DNA from: a virus
Taxonomy: Duplodnaviria; Caudoviricetes
DNA: 34,466 nt
Direction: 5' to 3' (one strand)
Virus record (IMG/VR): IMGVR_UViG_3300020044_003000
Location: 1-34,466 of that record
Shown here: positions 14,834 to 25,118 of the stretch, one piece after another
Position numbering within the stretch: the first letter of the stretch is position 1
Layout of the letters: each line of letters opens with the position of its first letter
Made by a program: the position numbers and the translations under genes
The notes under the pieces: model-generated
Databases searched by the model: none
The model's input: the letters and a program-made list of their open reading frames with translations, nothing else
Told to the model about the DNA's origin: nothing

Positions 14834-16609
14834 TTACGCCTTGAACTGAGTAACTGAGGCCAACACGGTGAACGTGGCACTTCCGGTCTTGATTATCAGG
14901 TATCTATAGCTGTCGATGCCACTTGCATTGCCAGCAGTAGGAGCGCCACCGATCCAGCGCGTAGTGACACCAGAGGTAGTGCCATCCACTTGCACCACGT
15001 TGTTGTAGTAGGCCGTGGATCCTTGGGTGACAAGGAAAGCAACGGTTGTGGACTGACCAGTGGACAATGCGGTGTTCAGGCTCGTGCCGCTGGAAGCCCT
15101 GAAGTTTACCGTCCAGTTGGCAGAAGCGTTTGATGTGTAGTACAGAACAGATTGTGTCGTGATGTCGTAGTTGATCGTGCCTGTTGCAGCAGTAGCCGAT
15201 ACAGTGGCAGTTTCAGCCGCGTCAGAAAGCACCACGCCAAACTTTGCGCTTGTGCCGCTGAACGTCTGAGTTCCAGTCCAAGTGTTATCAGCAGACAGTG
15301 AAACGCCAGCAGGCAATGCAGTGGATGACCATGTAGTACCGTTCGAGGTAAGGACGTTTCCGTTGGTGCCTGGTGCTACAAACTGAACTGCGCTTGTACC
15401 GTTGCCAAGGATTACGTTATTGGCAGTGAGCGTCGTGGCTCCGGTGCCGCCATTGGCTACTGGGAGAGTCCCTGTTACCTGGGAGGCGAGGTTAATGCTT
15501 GTCGCAATCGCCGCGCTATCCTGCCAGCCAGAACCATTGTAAATCCGAGTCGTGTTGCTGACGGTATTGAAGTACATCGCACCAGTGACAAGCGGGTTCC
15601 TGTCATTGTCCACAGTCGGGTCAGATGCCTTTGCGCCGAGGTATCTGTCATCAAAAAGATCATAGCTAGCCGCAGCATTTGATGCGCTTGTTGCCGCATT
15701 AGAAGCACTGGTACTTGCAGCACTAGCCGAGTTTGATGCGTTGGTGGCACTGGTACTTGCTGCGCTTGCGTAGTTGGACGCATTGGTAGCCTGTGTCGAA
15801 GCAGTAGAAGCAGAAGCAGCCGCGTTTGATTCACTTGTGGCGGCGTTTGAAGCACTTGTGGCAGCGGCACTAGCACTAGAGGCAGCAGCACTAGCACTAG
15901 AAGCAGCAGCAGCAGAAGTTCCTACCCACCATGAAGGAGAGCTGGCCGGAGTGTGATTGGTGTTAGCATTTTGCAGCGAGGTATACAGAATGCCATCCGT
16001 CCCCACCACGTTTGCGTTGATCGCGTATGTCGTAGCAGACGACCACACCAACTGAATCGGCACCCAATAAGTCGTGGCTGTAGACGGGTTCTGGTTCAGG
16101 TTAGAGTTCTGGAGAGACTGGTAAACAATCGTCTGATACGTCACCACAGAGCCGAGCTTGTATGTCGTTCCTGCGTTCCACTCCACCGAGTACAGGAATG
16201 TCCACGAACCTGTTGTGGTGACAGGGTTGTTGTTGACGTTGCCGTTAATCAGAGAGACGTAGAACTCGCCATCAGAGCCTTGTACTACGTCATTAGCGTT
16301 GTAATCTTTAGACGCGATCCAGGCATTACCAAATGTCGAGGCCGTATCACCGACCGGATCACGCACCAGAATCTGCGTGTTATCAGACTTGGTGAGGATT
16401 GCTTTTGCTACGCCCTCAAAAAAGATATTGGGCTGTCTTCCAGCAGCGGTAAGAATCACCGGATTGGAGTTAGCGATTGTGTAATTAACATCCGCGTATG
16501 TGGCCTTCGGAGTAGTCGTGCCAGACTCGTAGAAGTAAATCTTCCCACTGACAAGGGGATCGCCAGCGTCATCAAAGTATTGTGTGTCCAGCGAGCCGAA
16601 ACGGGCCAT
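14834..16609 (-). CDS. Tail spike/fibre protein with N-terminal head-binding-like domain
   Basis: QYFDDAGDPLVSGKIYFYESGTTTPK...NPVIL N-terminus, three W...Y...D/S.V repeats, Ala/Ser-rich stalk, GTLPVANGGTGA. Confidence 0.75.
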   Translation of the reverse strand: MARFGSLDTQYFDDAGDPLVSGKIYFYESGTTTPKATYADVNYTIANSNPVILTAAGRQPNIFFEGVAKAILTKSDNTQILVRDPVGDTASTFGNAWIASKDYNANDVVQGSDGEFYVSLINGNVNNNPVTTTGSWTFLYSVEWNAGTTYKLGSVVTYQTIVYQSLQNSNLNQNPSTATTYWVPIQLVWSSATTYAINANVVGTDGILYTSLQNANTNHTPASSPSWWVGTSAAAASSASAAASSASAAATSASNAATSESNAAASASTASTQATNASNYASAASTSATNASNSASAASTSASNAATSASNAAASYDLFDDRYLGAKASDPTVDNDRNPLVTGAMYFNTVSNTTRIYNGSGWQDSAAIATSINLASQVTGTLPVANGGTGATTLTANNVILGNGTSAVQFVAPGTNGNVLTSNGTTWSSTALPAGVSLSADNTWTGTQTFSGTSAKFGVVLSDAAETATVSATAATGTINYDITTQSVLYYTSNASANWTVNFRASSGTSLNTALSTGQSTTVAFLVTQGSTAYYNNVVQVDGTTSGVTTRWIGGAPTAGNASGIDSYRYLIIKTGSATFTVLASVTQFKA

Positions 16610-16612
16610 GAT

Positions 16613-18181
16613 TTACCTCTGCAATTGTGCTGTAGTTGATGCGGCAGCAGCTCCAGTCCCAGCAGTATACTGCGGAGCCGGTCTAAGCGGTACGCCTGAT
16701 ACAGTGTTTAGAAGCCCTTGCATTGCTCGTTCGCCTGAGCGATCGGCCAAAGCCTTTGCGGCAGCTCCAGCCGCAGTAACTCCAACCATTGCAGGGTTGG
16801 CGGCAATTGCTCCAACATTCAAAGCAAGCATAAGTCCATTTCCGCTTGGAGAGAGTTTGCCAATTCTTCTCAGTGCATTTTCTGAAATATTGCCTCTGAC
16901 AAGATTTTCCATTTGCTCAATTTCTTGCTGGTTGAAAAATCTTATCTGCTTTGGATTCGTCAAAATTGAGGTCACAGCCTGCTTGTATTTATTGAGGATG
17001 TTACCACCTGAGCCTGTTCCGGCAGTCTGAAGCCCTGCCTTATACATCGCAAAATCCAATAGCTCTGCTTTTTTGTATTGGTTATTGGCCAACCTTGCAG
17101 CATTCATTAGGTCGCTTGTATCTGGGTAATTTTGGATAAGATCGTCAATCTCATCAATCATTCTTCCAATGGCAGGCTCAGACCCTTGGCTTCTGTTATA
17201 TCGCTGCCAAAGTGCTTGCCGCATTGCATCAAGTTGACCAATTGTTGTTTTGTTTGCCTGACCACGCCGGTCAAGGATTTTCAAAGCAGCGTATGTTTCT
17301 GGGAATACAGCAGGGTCGTCAACATAGTCAAATTCTTCAGCAATTTGTTTAGCTCGACTGGAAAGCCCCTGAATTTGCCCTTGGTCAAATGATAATCCAG
17401 AATCCTCTACAGCCTGATATGCTGCGTTTTTGATGTTGCGTAAAGTCTCTACAGAGGGCCGCTCTGCTTGACGCCTGAAAAGAGCCGTCATCTTAGAAGC
17501 AATAGAAGGGGCAACATTGATCGCGCCTTGTAATGCGCCACCAAAAACAGCAGACGGAATAGCTACGGAAACAGAATTTTGCGCTCTTTCGCGCAGACCT
17601 CCTTCTCCAGTTCCAGCTCCGTACAAAGCACCGCCAGCCCCAGCGGTAATGGCTGCCTGAGTCTTTGAGCCAAGCCCCTGAATACCCCTAATCGGTGGGG
17701 CTATCATGGAAGCGCCTATAGCCCCACCAAGCTCAGAAGCCAAAGCAGTTGATGGGCTTTCTTGCTGGAATTGAGCAATCCTCTCTCTTTCCTGCCCTGT
17801 AAATCTTTCAACCTCACCAGCAAGGTTTGGTGATCTACCCTGCATGACATTTCTAGCAGCAGAGGCCGTTCCAGCCATTCCGCCTACCAGTTCATCACCA
17901 AAGCCAAATGTCATGCCCTGCAATGCAGCGCGAGGTGCGCCGGTAGAAACTCCGATAGGAGCGGGAGAGCCAGATTCTGCGGTAGGCTCATATCCTGACT
18001 GGCGAGCAATTCCTACCATCTCCCCGAAGCCTTGTTGGGACAGTTTTATGCTGTCCGCAAACTGGCCCATCGGAACTCGACCTTTGTAATCTTTATTCCA
18101 AAGACGGAAAGCAAGTTCGCCGTCAGAAATTGAATTGTATTGCGGATATTGCTGCCGTATTTGTTGAATATCCATAGTCAA
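16613..18181 (-). CDS. DNA ejection / internal virion protein
   Basis: Ala/Gly-rich helical protein, QGMTFGFGDE motif, last gene of the ejection cluster. Confidence 0.65.
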   Translation of the reverse strand: MTMDIQQIRQQYPQYNSISDGELAFRLWNKDYKGRVPMGQFADSIKLSQQGFGEMVGIARQSGYEPTAESGSPAPIGVSTGAPRAALQGMTFGFGDELVGGMAGTASAARNVMQGRSPNLAGEVERFTGQERERIAQFQQESPSTALASELGGAIGASMIAPPIRGIQGLGSKTQAAITAGAGGALYGAGTGEGGLRERAQNSVSVAIPSAVFGGALQGAINVAPSIASKMTALFRRQAERPSVETLRNIKNAAYQAVEDSGLSFDQGQIQGLSSRAKQIAEEFDYVDDPAVFPETYAALKILDRRGQANKTTIGQLDAMRQALWQRYNRSQGSEPAIGRMIDEIDDLIQNYPDTSDLMNAARLANNQYKKAELLDFAMYKAGLQTAGTGSGGNILNKYKQAVTSILTNPKQIRFFNQQEIEQMENLVRGNISENALRRIGKLSPSGNGLMLALNVGAIAANPAMVGVTAAGAAAKALADRSGERAMQGLLNTVSGVPLRPAPQYTAGTGAAAASTTAQLQR

Positions 18182-19365
18182 AGAATCCCCAGAGGATCAG
18201 GATTGGAATCGCTATACATTCCACCAGCGGAAGGATATGCCGAGAATTTGGTCATAATATCAGAGTAGATTCTTTCCAGCCTGTTTAAGTTCTCAAGAAG
18301 CTGCTCTTGCCCTTGGCTTTGACTGATAGAGCCAAGGCTTGATTTCAGCAAGTCCATTTCTCTTTCTGTTACTGCGCCAAGTGCCCCGCCCGTAGGGCTT
18401 GCTTCGCGCATGGCTTGCAGGCGATCAAATGCTATTCCTGCTGATATTGTGTCAGCAAGCTGGGAGGCATCAAACGCTGGCGTCCCTGGAATTTTTGCAA
18501 CCTGAGCACCAGTGAATCCAGTGATAGGCTCAAAAGCAGATTCGCCAGATACCATAGACTTGTATCTTCCAATGTCCTCCAGAACAACGTCAGAGTATCG
18601 CTGTTGCGTTTGTTGCGCTTGCCGTCTAGCGGTGTCAACGGGGCCGCCTGGGGTTGGCTTCACTCCGATAAAATTGCCGCGCTCGTCATACTCGTTCATG
18701 TAGCCAGAAGGCGGAGTGGCTGGCGGAACATTGATATTAAAGCCTCCTTGCGTGCCACCAGTCCTGAAAAATTCTTGATACTCAGGCGTACCCTCTCGAA
18801 GTCCAGCAGCTTGCGCTCTAGCTTGCAGAGTTTGAAGCGCAGCAGGAATTTCAGCAGCTTTTTGTTGCTCAGGAATGGCAAACGCTTGCTGACCGCCCCT
18901 AAACACAACATCACCGGGCCTATAAACCTTTTCCTCGACTTGTGGAGGCGTGATGTATCCCATTGCCATGCCTCGATTGACCGCGCCTAAAAGCTCTCTC
19001 TGAAGCGATTGGTAGGCATTGCGATCGCCAGCGCGGGAAAGCTGTGCAAGCTGAGTGATGCGAACAGTGTCGGACGGATCGGCATCTGGGAAATTCTTGA
19101 GAAGCTCGATTCGCTCACGCCCTAGGCTAATCACGCTATCGAGGTCACCAGCAGCAAGTAGCTTCAGGGCAGACTCTGCGTCTTGGTACATGGCTCTTTG
19201 TCGAGCCTGCGTCATCTCAGCGCGTTGCATCTGGGCTTCGCGCTCACGCCCAGAACGAATGTAGGCGTTTTCTTCTTCTTGCAGCATCTGGTCACGAAAT
19301 TGCGGGACGGTGTTGGAGAATGCAGCGCCCAACCCTCTCAGCAGCAAACCAATGTCTTGAGCCAT
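18178..19365 (-). CDS. DNA ejection / internal virion protein (P22 gp20-like position)
   Basis: Gln/Ala-rich; LQAMREASPTGGALGAVTERE motif; synteny. Confidence 0.65.
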   Translation of the reverse strand: MAQDIGLLLRGLGAAFSNTVPQFRDQMLQEEENAYIRSGREREAQMQRAEMTQARQRAMYQDAESALKLLAAGDLDSVISLGRERIELLKNFPDADPSDTVRITQLAQLSRAGDRNAYQSLQRELLGAVNRGMAMGYITPPQVEEKVYRPGDVVFRGGQQAFAIPEQQKAAEIPAALQTLQARAQAAGLREGTPEYQEFFRTGGTQGGFNINVPPATPPSGYMNEYDERGNFIGVKPTPGGPVDTARRQAQQTQQRYSDVVLEDIGRYKSMVSGESAFEPITGFTGAQVAKIPGTPAFDASQLADTISAGIAFDRLQAMREASPTGGALGAVTEREMDLLKSSLGSISQSQGQEQLLENLNRLERIYSDIMTKFSAYPSAGGMYSDSNPDPLGIL

Positions 19366-19366
19366 C

Positions 19367-21133
19367 TTAACCCCCGTAAAAACGATATGTGCCGCCCAAA
19401 GCAGAAGCGAGATTTGTGGGATTCAGGACGTTGAACGAAGGATAGCCCGGAATTCCTGTGCTGACCTGACCAGTTGGGATTGTTGTGCGAGCGCCGTATC
19501 CATGAAGTGCTGGGCCGACAGTGTTGACAGCATTGCTGGGCTGCCAGCCCTGATTGCCGCCACCAAGCTGATAACCCAGTGCCGCAGAATTCAAGGCATT
19601 CCCAATCATCTGCCCGTAGTTTGTTTGCGGGGTAGGGGTATATTGCTGACCTGCAAGCAATCCAGACTGCCGAGCCGCCAATTCCTCTGCTGACATTGCC
19701 CTTTGATTGGCAGCGTTCTGCATGGCCGCAATCTGGTCGGCTGTGTAGGTCTGCTGAAGATTAAGCCCTGTTTGACCATACCCGCCCAGAAGGCTTGCAA
19801 GGGCATTGCCTTGGTTTAGAGCGTACCCCTCAAGCCCTGCTGTAGCTCCGCCAATCTGAGCCGCCAGAAGCTCGCCAGCCCTAGCACGTTGCTGGGCTAC
19901 GTCTCTAGCCGCTGTGCCTTGTACGTTTGCGATATTTGTACCAGTGGAAGTGGCGAGATTCGCCAAATTTGTGCCGTATTGGCTACGCTCTCCAGCCAAT
20001 GCGCCTCGCTGGCCTGAGATATTTTGAGCCGTGTTCATCCCAAGGCTTGCAAGGTTAGTCCCCATGCTGGTTTGGATTCCAGCACCAGTGCCAGCCGCCT
20101 GAAGCCCCTGCCCAGACAGCGAGCGAAGGTTTTGAATCTGCTGCTGCAAGCCCTGTGATGCAAGCCCCTGACCGAAGCGAACAAGCTCCTGCTGTACTCG
20201 TCCACCACCAAGGCCACCAGTAGCAGCAGCGCCAGCCAATGTGGAACGCTCGCCTTGCTCTCTCAGGAATTGGATATAGGGGCTTTCTTGATACGCTTGA
20301 TTGAAAGCATCCCGCCCCAAAGCGCCAGACAATGCCAATTCCTGCTGAAGCGCCGTTGTGCCAGCCTGCTGATAGGGTTGGATCATCTCACCAGCAGAGC
20401 CAAAGGTGCGCTCAATGTCGCCTCTGGCTTGTGTGCCTGCTTGTCTGAGGTCATCAATATTCAGATTGTACAGGCGAGCCACTTCCTCCATTGCGGGGTC
20501 AAGGTATCCTTTCGCTTCGGTTTGCGCCCCTCGGAGAGTGGAGATTACCTTGTCTAATCCCTCTTGCGTGGCTTGTTCAAAACCAGCCTGGCCGGTAGGG
20601 ATATTCTGCGCTGTAGTCTGCTGATAGGTCTGGCCCATAGCGCGAGCAAATTGCTCAGGCGTTACCCCATATTCATTCATCTTTGCGCGAAGGATGGATG
20701 GATCAATATTAGGGTTATAGGCCATATAAGCGCGGATCGCTTCGTCCGTGGCATTGCCCGGAGTCACGCCTGCCAAAGCCTGCTGATAGCCGAATTGACG
20801 AGTCACCCTAGCAGGATCAAGCCCAGTGGCGCGAGCAAGCTGTTCAGGTCTCACGCCAAATTGCTGCATGGCTTGATAAACTTGTTCTTCGCTGGCATTA
20901 GGATTCACGGCGAAAAAGTTTCTAATCGCCTCGTCTGGCACATTGCCAGCAGTAGACTGAGCAACTGACTGATTCAGGAACTCTTGTCGGACACGGTTAA
21001 TATCAATCCCCGTTGCGCGAGAAAGCTGCTCAGGACTGACGTTATATTGCACCATCCCCTGATAGACTTGTTCGGCAGTCGCATCGGGGTTGGCCGCAAA
21101 AAAGTCTCTAATCTCTTGATCGCTGACAGCCAT
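19367..21133 (-). CDS. DNA ejection protein (gp7-like core) with three N-terminal repeats
   Basis: PYQQAGTTAL, SPYIQF..EQG, AAATGGLGGG....L.RFGQGLASQ; synteny. Confidence 0.65.
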   Translation of the reverse strand: MAVSDQEIRDFFAANPDATAEQVYQGMVQYNVSPEQLSRATGIDINRVRQEFLNQSVAQSTAGNVPDEAIRNFFAVNPNASEEQVYQAMQQFGVRPEQLARATGLDPARVTRQFGYQQALAGVTPGNATDEAIRAYMAYNPNIDPSILRAKMNEYGVTPEQFARAMGQTYQQTTAQNIPTGQAGFEQATQEGLDKVISTLRGAQTEAKGYLDPAMEEVARLYNLNIDDLRQAGTQARGDIERTFGSAGEMIQPYQQAGTTALQQELALSGALGRDAFNQAYQESPYIQFLREQGERSTLAGAAATGGLGGGRVQQELVRFGQGLASQGLQQQIQNLRSLSGQGLQAAGTGAGIQTSMGTNLASLGMNTAQNISGQRGALAGERSQYGTNLANLATSTGTNIANVQGTAARDVAQQRARAGELLAAQIGGATAGLEGYALNQGNALASLLGGYGQTGLNLQQTYTADQIAAMQNAANQRAMSAEELAARQSGLLAGQQYTPTPQTNYGQMIGNALNSAALGYQLGGGNQGWQPSNAVNTVGPALHGYGARTTIPTGQVSTGIPGYPSFNVLNPTNLASALGGTYRFYGG

Positions 21134-21145
21134 CTTTGTTTACTC

Positions 21146-21604
21146 CTACATCCCGCCGCGTGGAAGTTCTTGACCGGCGAACAAGCCAGCAAGCAATTGA
21201 GGATCGTATTGCGTTCTTGATGGCTGCAAGCGGCTGTAATCAATAGGCGTTCCCATGATCGCCGCACGCTGCAATGGAAGGCCGGCAAGCAAGGCACGTT
21301 GGGCATCCATGTACCCTTGTTGCGTCATTCCAGCAACGGGGCTATACAGCCGCCCAACCAGATCAAGCCCTTGCTGCATACCCTGCTGGCGCATCTGCAT
21401 TCCGCGCTGCATTGCTTGGTCTCGAATGTTCTGGGCATTTTGGTAGCCCGGAGCAAGCATCGTCATGGCCTGGTTGATTCGCTGCGTTTCAAGCTCATTG
21501 GCTTTACGAGTAGCATTTCGGGCCTCACGGCGATCCAATGCGCCACCAGCCAAAGATGCCCCGCCGCCGATTGCAGCGCCCAATACTGCGGTCTCAATAC
21601 CCAT
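21146..21604 (-). CDS. Small ejection/pilot-like protein
   Basis: Gly/Ala-rich N-terminus (AAIGGGASLAGG), Gln-rich body. Confidence 0.55.
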   Translation of the reverse strand: MGIETAVLGAAIGGGASLAGGALDRREARNATRKANELETQRINQAMTMLAPGYQNAQNIRDQAMQRGMQMRQQGMQQGLDLVGRLYSPVAGMTQQGYMDAQRALLAGLPLQRAAIMGTPIDYSRLQPSRTQYDPQLLAGLFAGQELPRGGM

Positions 21605-21959
21605 ACACCCACCTCTCTCCGAACTTTCGGAATTGCAGTGATTCTAGCAGTTTAACTAACCCTTTTCTCGAATCAGGGGCCGTTGTCCAAATAATTTTGA
21701 AGCCTTTTGAAACAAACCATTCAATGCCTTTTTTCATCGTCTCGCGTATTGACCCGCGATCTCGATAACGGCAGGCAACGTGAATCTCTATATCGTCATC
21801 GTTGACCTGCACAAGCACCAGCAGCTTTTCATCCATCATCAGGATTGCCCACTCAGGATGGATGCCAATCGGGTCAAACTGAATCAACCTTCTTACGGAA
21901 GGCTCGTTCAGAATCTCCAATGCCTCAGCATCGCTTGCATCTCTTACACTAATTTCCAT
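21594..21959 (-). CDS. GNAT-like virion assembly protein (P22 gp14-like position)
   Basis: IEIHVAC, KLLESLQF motifs; between gp10 and the ejection genes. Confidence 0.55.
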   Translation of the reverse strand: MEISVRDASDAEALEILNEPSVRRLIQFDPIGIHPEWAILMMDEKLLVLVQVNDDDIEIHVACRYRDRGSIRETMKKGIEWFVSKGFKIIWTTAPDSRKGLVKLLESLQFRKFGERWVYGY

Positions 21960-22201
21960 CCCTGAGTCACATCCCCGCCAATGTCAGGAAGCATTTTTCG
22001 GTATTCAATCGAACCAGCCGCGCCAGTGGAATCAATATAAAGACTGTACTGCCTTGCAGTAACAACACCCTCAGGACTTCCTGTGCCGATGATAGGAATG
22101 CTCAAAGAGGCATCAAGCGTCCAAGTCCTAAAGACTTGAGTCATCGTGCCATTAGCCTCGATGATCGGTTGCGCCGCATTCAGGCGTGGTGTTGTACTCA
22201 T
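21944..22201 (-). CDS. Small virion protein
   Basis: GTGSPEGVVTA...SLY motif common in tail-associated proteins. Confidence 0.6.
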   Translation of the reverse strand: MSTTPRLNAAQPIIEANGTMTQVFRTWTLDASLSIPIIGTGSPEGVVTARQYSLYIDSTGAAGSIEYRKMLPDIGGDVTQGWKLV

Positions 22202-23646
22202 TTGGCACCAGGGATAATGTCGGCGGTAAGTTGGATAATCACTGGCTTGACCGGATCGCTAAGCGTGAACCGGAACACTTCAAAACGACTCGCTCTGCCA
22301 TTGCGCCTCCAGATAGCGCGACGATTATATTCACCGACCTTTCCGATCTTCCTCAGTCTTTGATCCGACCACGTTTTCCCGTCATTGCTTCTATCCATCG
22401 CAATCACCGGATCAACCGAATCAGTATTGCCTACGCCTGATTCAACGGTCAGCTCAATCGACGGAACGAAGATTGACTGCATATTATTCTGGAAAGGCTG
22501 CGTCGCAACGGTGCGAATGATGTTATTCCCATACTCTGTAAACAGATCGGGGTTGATCTTGCCAATGCGCCCGTCAATCTGATCGCCGCAGAAAACGTGG
22601 TTATAGGCTTGCGTCATACCAGAAATGCGATACCCGAAAAGCTGGTTGTCATAGTAGGACTTTCGCTCATGCCATCGCTTTGAGGCGTGGTCATAAACCA
22701 GCGTCGAGTTAGGCAGCGCAAACGCGACGAAATACGCGCCATTCTGGCTGTAGGCCCATGAATAGATATTCGCCAGTTGGTCATTGGTCAGAGACTTCAG
22801 GATAAAGTCTATCGCCACCGAGGATATTTTCTGCGTGGAGTTGCCAGCAAAAGCCCAGATAGACGGAGATTCATTGATCCCGCCACCGACCCACATGAAG
22901 GTGTCTTGGGTTGTGATTAGCGAGTAAGGAGCGAAAACGCCTTTATCCAAAAACAATCCCGTTCGCTGGAAAGGGAAGTCTGACCCGCCGATATTCTGGA
23001 AAGCCTCAAAGGTCTGGCTCCCTGAGATAAACAACTGATTCTTAAACACGATGGGAGCCACGATCACATCGGGATCGGACTCTGCCGTGCCATAGTCGAG
23101 GGCATTCCAGCTTAGGCCATCGTTTATAGCTGATACGATGAATTTCTTAGTATCCGTCGAACAGACAAAGTAGCCATCCACGAACACCACAAACTGCGGG
23201 TTCCCGTTGGCATCAAAGTCGAGGTCTGTGATCTGGGAGAAAGTGTCGGTAACGTGGTTATAGATATACCCATTACCACCAGGCACAAGAACCATCAATT
23301 GAGTGCCGTTATCAGCCATTGATACTCGCGCAGTCCCAGCGATAGTTCCCAACTCAACTAGGTCATAAGCCTCAGCAGGGATTGTCGCTGTTTGATCCAG
23401 CCGGTACAGTTTGCCCCCGTTCACAAAATAGGGGACGCCAGCCATTGTATGAGCGCCTCTGTTAGCTTGCAGCACAACACCGCTGGTCTCTACTTGCTCA
23501 ATGCCCGGAGTTCCTCTAAGCGTCTCCTGAGCCAGCGCCGGAGCGCCCTCAACAACAACATACCAATTCGTGCACTCCTGCGCCGAGATCGGCAAGGAAT
23601 TGGATACATAGAATCCATTTGTAATCGGCAGTTGAGATACAGGCAT
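22198..23646 (-). CDS. Packaged DNA stabilization / tail hub protein (P22 gp10-like)
   Basis: LRGTPG, VSMADNG, TAESDPD, WHER, SNDGKTWS, GKVGEY..R.IWRR.G. Confidence 0.88.
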   Translation of the reverse strand: MPVSQLPITNGFYVSNSLPISAQECTNWYVVVEGAPALAQETLRGTPGIEQVETSGVVLQANRGAHTMAGVPYFVNGGKLYRLDQTATIPAEAYDLVELGTIAGTARVSMADNGTQLMVLVPGGNGYIYNHVTDTFSQITDLDFDANGNPQFVVFVDGYFVCSTDTKKFIVSAINDGLSWNALDYGTAESDPDVIVAPIVFKNQLFISGSQTFEAFQNIGGSDFPFQRTGLFLDKGVFAPYSLITTQDTFMWVGGGINESPSIWAFAGNSTQKISSVAIDFILKSLTNDQLANIYSWAYSQNGAYFVAFALPNSTLVYDHASKRWHERKSYYDNQLFGYRISGMTQAYNHVFCGDQIDGRIGKINPDLFTEYGNNIIRTVATQPFQNNMQSIFVPSIELTVESGVGNTDSVDPVIAMDRSNDGKTWSDQRLRKIGKVGEYNRRAIWRRNGRASRFEVFRFTLSDPVKPVIIQLTADIIPGAK

Positions 23647-24488
23647 CAGAGGACGCTCAATACAGCGTTTACGGCAATCACGCTGTCAGTTGTAGAGCCA
23701 TTTTGTACAAAAATTTCAAGGTAATCGTTTTGGTTTAGCGTACCGCTAAAGAATGTCGCTATTGCCCTTGGTGCACCTGCGGAAATGGTATCTGTCATCT
23801 TGGTGGATGCCACTGTACCGTTCTTGGCAATGTAAACAGAAAGAGCATGGTTGCTGCCAGATGATACGTTTAGGGTCACAATCGCGTTGGCAATGTGTCT
23901 GCTGGTCTGGCCTGTGTAGGTGATCCGGCCATTGGTGCTGGCTGTAAATCCTGCTGACACATCTCCCACAACAAATGTCGCCACAGCCTTGACCGGAGTG
24001 GCAGTTGAACTAATCGTTGTCGTTGTGGCATTGCCCTCGACAGAGACAGAGGCGTAAGTAGCCTCGCTGGTAGAGCTGATCTCAATCGTTTGCCCGCTTG
24101 TTGCTACAGCAATCCCCGTCCCGCCTACCAGAGAAACAAACGTAGGGCTGGCCGCCGCAATGTTCTGCATCAAAGGTTCGCCAGTCGTGTTGACCGAGAA
24201 GTTGTGAGCGATCTCGATGCCGTTATCAGGGGATACGTTGGTGACGATACCAGCGCCATCCTCGATGTTTCGGATGAAATTGTCAGTCCCTTGAATGTCC
24301 AGAATCGGAGTGCCTGATACAGCACCATCCTGGGCAATCGTCCCCGTGACACCAAGCCCTCCGAGGAAGTTGTCGTAGGAAATTTTGTAATTGTAACCAT
24401 TGGCAAAAAAGCCAAGGTAAGAGCCTGACAAGATACTGGTCTGGGCCGTGAAGTCGCTCTGCTTTACACCATAGGCGCGATCAACCAT
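23646..24488 (-). CDS. Beta-rich structural protein with possible C1q/BclA-like C-terminal domain
   Basis: Thr/Ser-rich; ends LNQNDYLEIFVQN; GGAGA RBS before ATG 24488. Confidence 0.6.
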   Translation of the reverse strand: MVDRAYGVKQSDFTAQTSILSGSYLGFFANGYNYKISYDNFLGGLGVTGTIAQDGAVSGTPILDIQGTDNFIRNIEDGAGIVTNVSPDNGIEIAHNFSVNTTGEPLMQNIAAASPTFVSLVGGTGIAVATSGQTIEISSTSEATYASVSVEGNATTTTISSTATPVKAVATFVVGDVSAGFTASTNGRITYTGQTSRHIANAIVTLNVSSGSNHALSVYIAKNGTVASTKMTDTISAGAPRAIATFFSGTLNQNDYLEIFVQNGSTTDSVIAVNAVLSVL

Positions 24489-24963
24489 TTGTCTGATTCT
24501 CCAATGCAATCGTTCCGATTGTTTCAGCCAGGATCGACTCCTCACTGTCGGGGTAGAAGTTCCAAGTCCAGCCATACCCAGAATCGCTGTTACCAGAACC
24601 GATGGGAAGCGTGGAAGGCATACGGGTTGCGCCTATGGTCTGACCAAGCATTCGCATCGCCTGTAGACCCTCTCTAGCCTGTAGAACCAGGGCATCTGTC
24701 ACCACGCCGCCGTAGTCGGGAGCCACCTCAATCGCCACGTTTGCGATCACGCCACGCAAAGCACCGACCGGCACCGTCACTTGATCGGCAAGGTCTGAGA
24801 CTTGCGTATATCCAAGGTGGATACCCTGCGCGTCCAGAGACAACATATAGTTATTCATGGCGAATATGAAATCCTGATATTCATCTGCCTCTAACGGAGC
24901 TTCAGAGGCTTGAACGAGGATTCTTTGGAGTGACGCTTTCGCAACTTGAGCAACGGTAGCCAT
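24481..24963 (-). CDS. Head-to-tail adaptor (P22 gp4-like)
   Basis: GIHLGY, NVAIEVAPDYG, MPSTLPIGSGN. Confidence 0.88.
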   Translation of the reverse strand: MATVAQVAKASLQRILVQASEAPLEADEYQDFIFAMNNYMLSLDAQGIHLGYTQVSDLADQVTVPVGALRGVIANVAIEVAPDYGGVVTDALVLQAREGLQAMRMLGQTIGATRMPSTLPIGSGNSDSGYGWTWNFYPDSEESILAETIGTIALENQTNG

Positions 24964-25115
24964 TATTCAAACCTCGGCTTCTTCTCAGTCTTAGCGGCCT
25001 GCTTAAATGCTTTTGCAGTTGGAGCGCCCTTGCTGCCAGCCTTACGCATTCTCTCACCAGAGCCAGCTTTGATTCGCTCACGCTTAGCGTGGATGTTTGC
25101 GTATAGACCTTTCAT
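24963..25115 (-). CDS. Small basic protein (50 aa; absent from ORF track)
   Basis: MKGLYANIHAKRERIKAGSGERMRKAGSKGAPTAKAFKQAAKTEKKPRFE*; AAGGA RBS. Confidence 0.75.
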   Translation of the reverse strand: MKGLYANIHAKRERIKAGSGERMRKAGSKGAPTAKAFKQAAKTEKKPRFE

Positions 25116-25118
25116 GGC

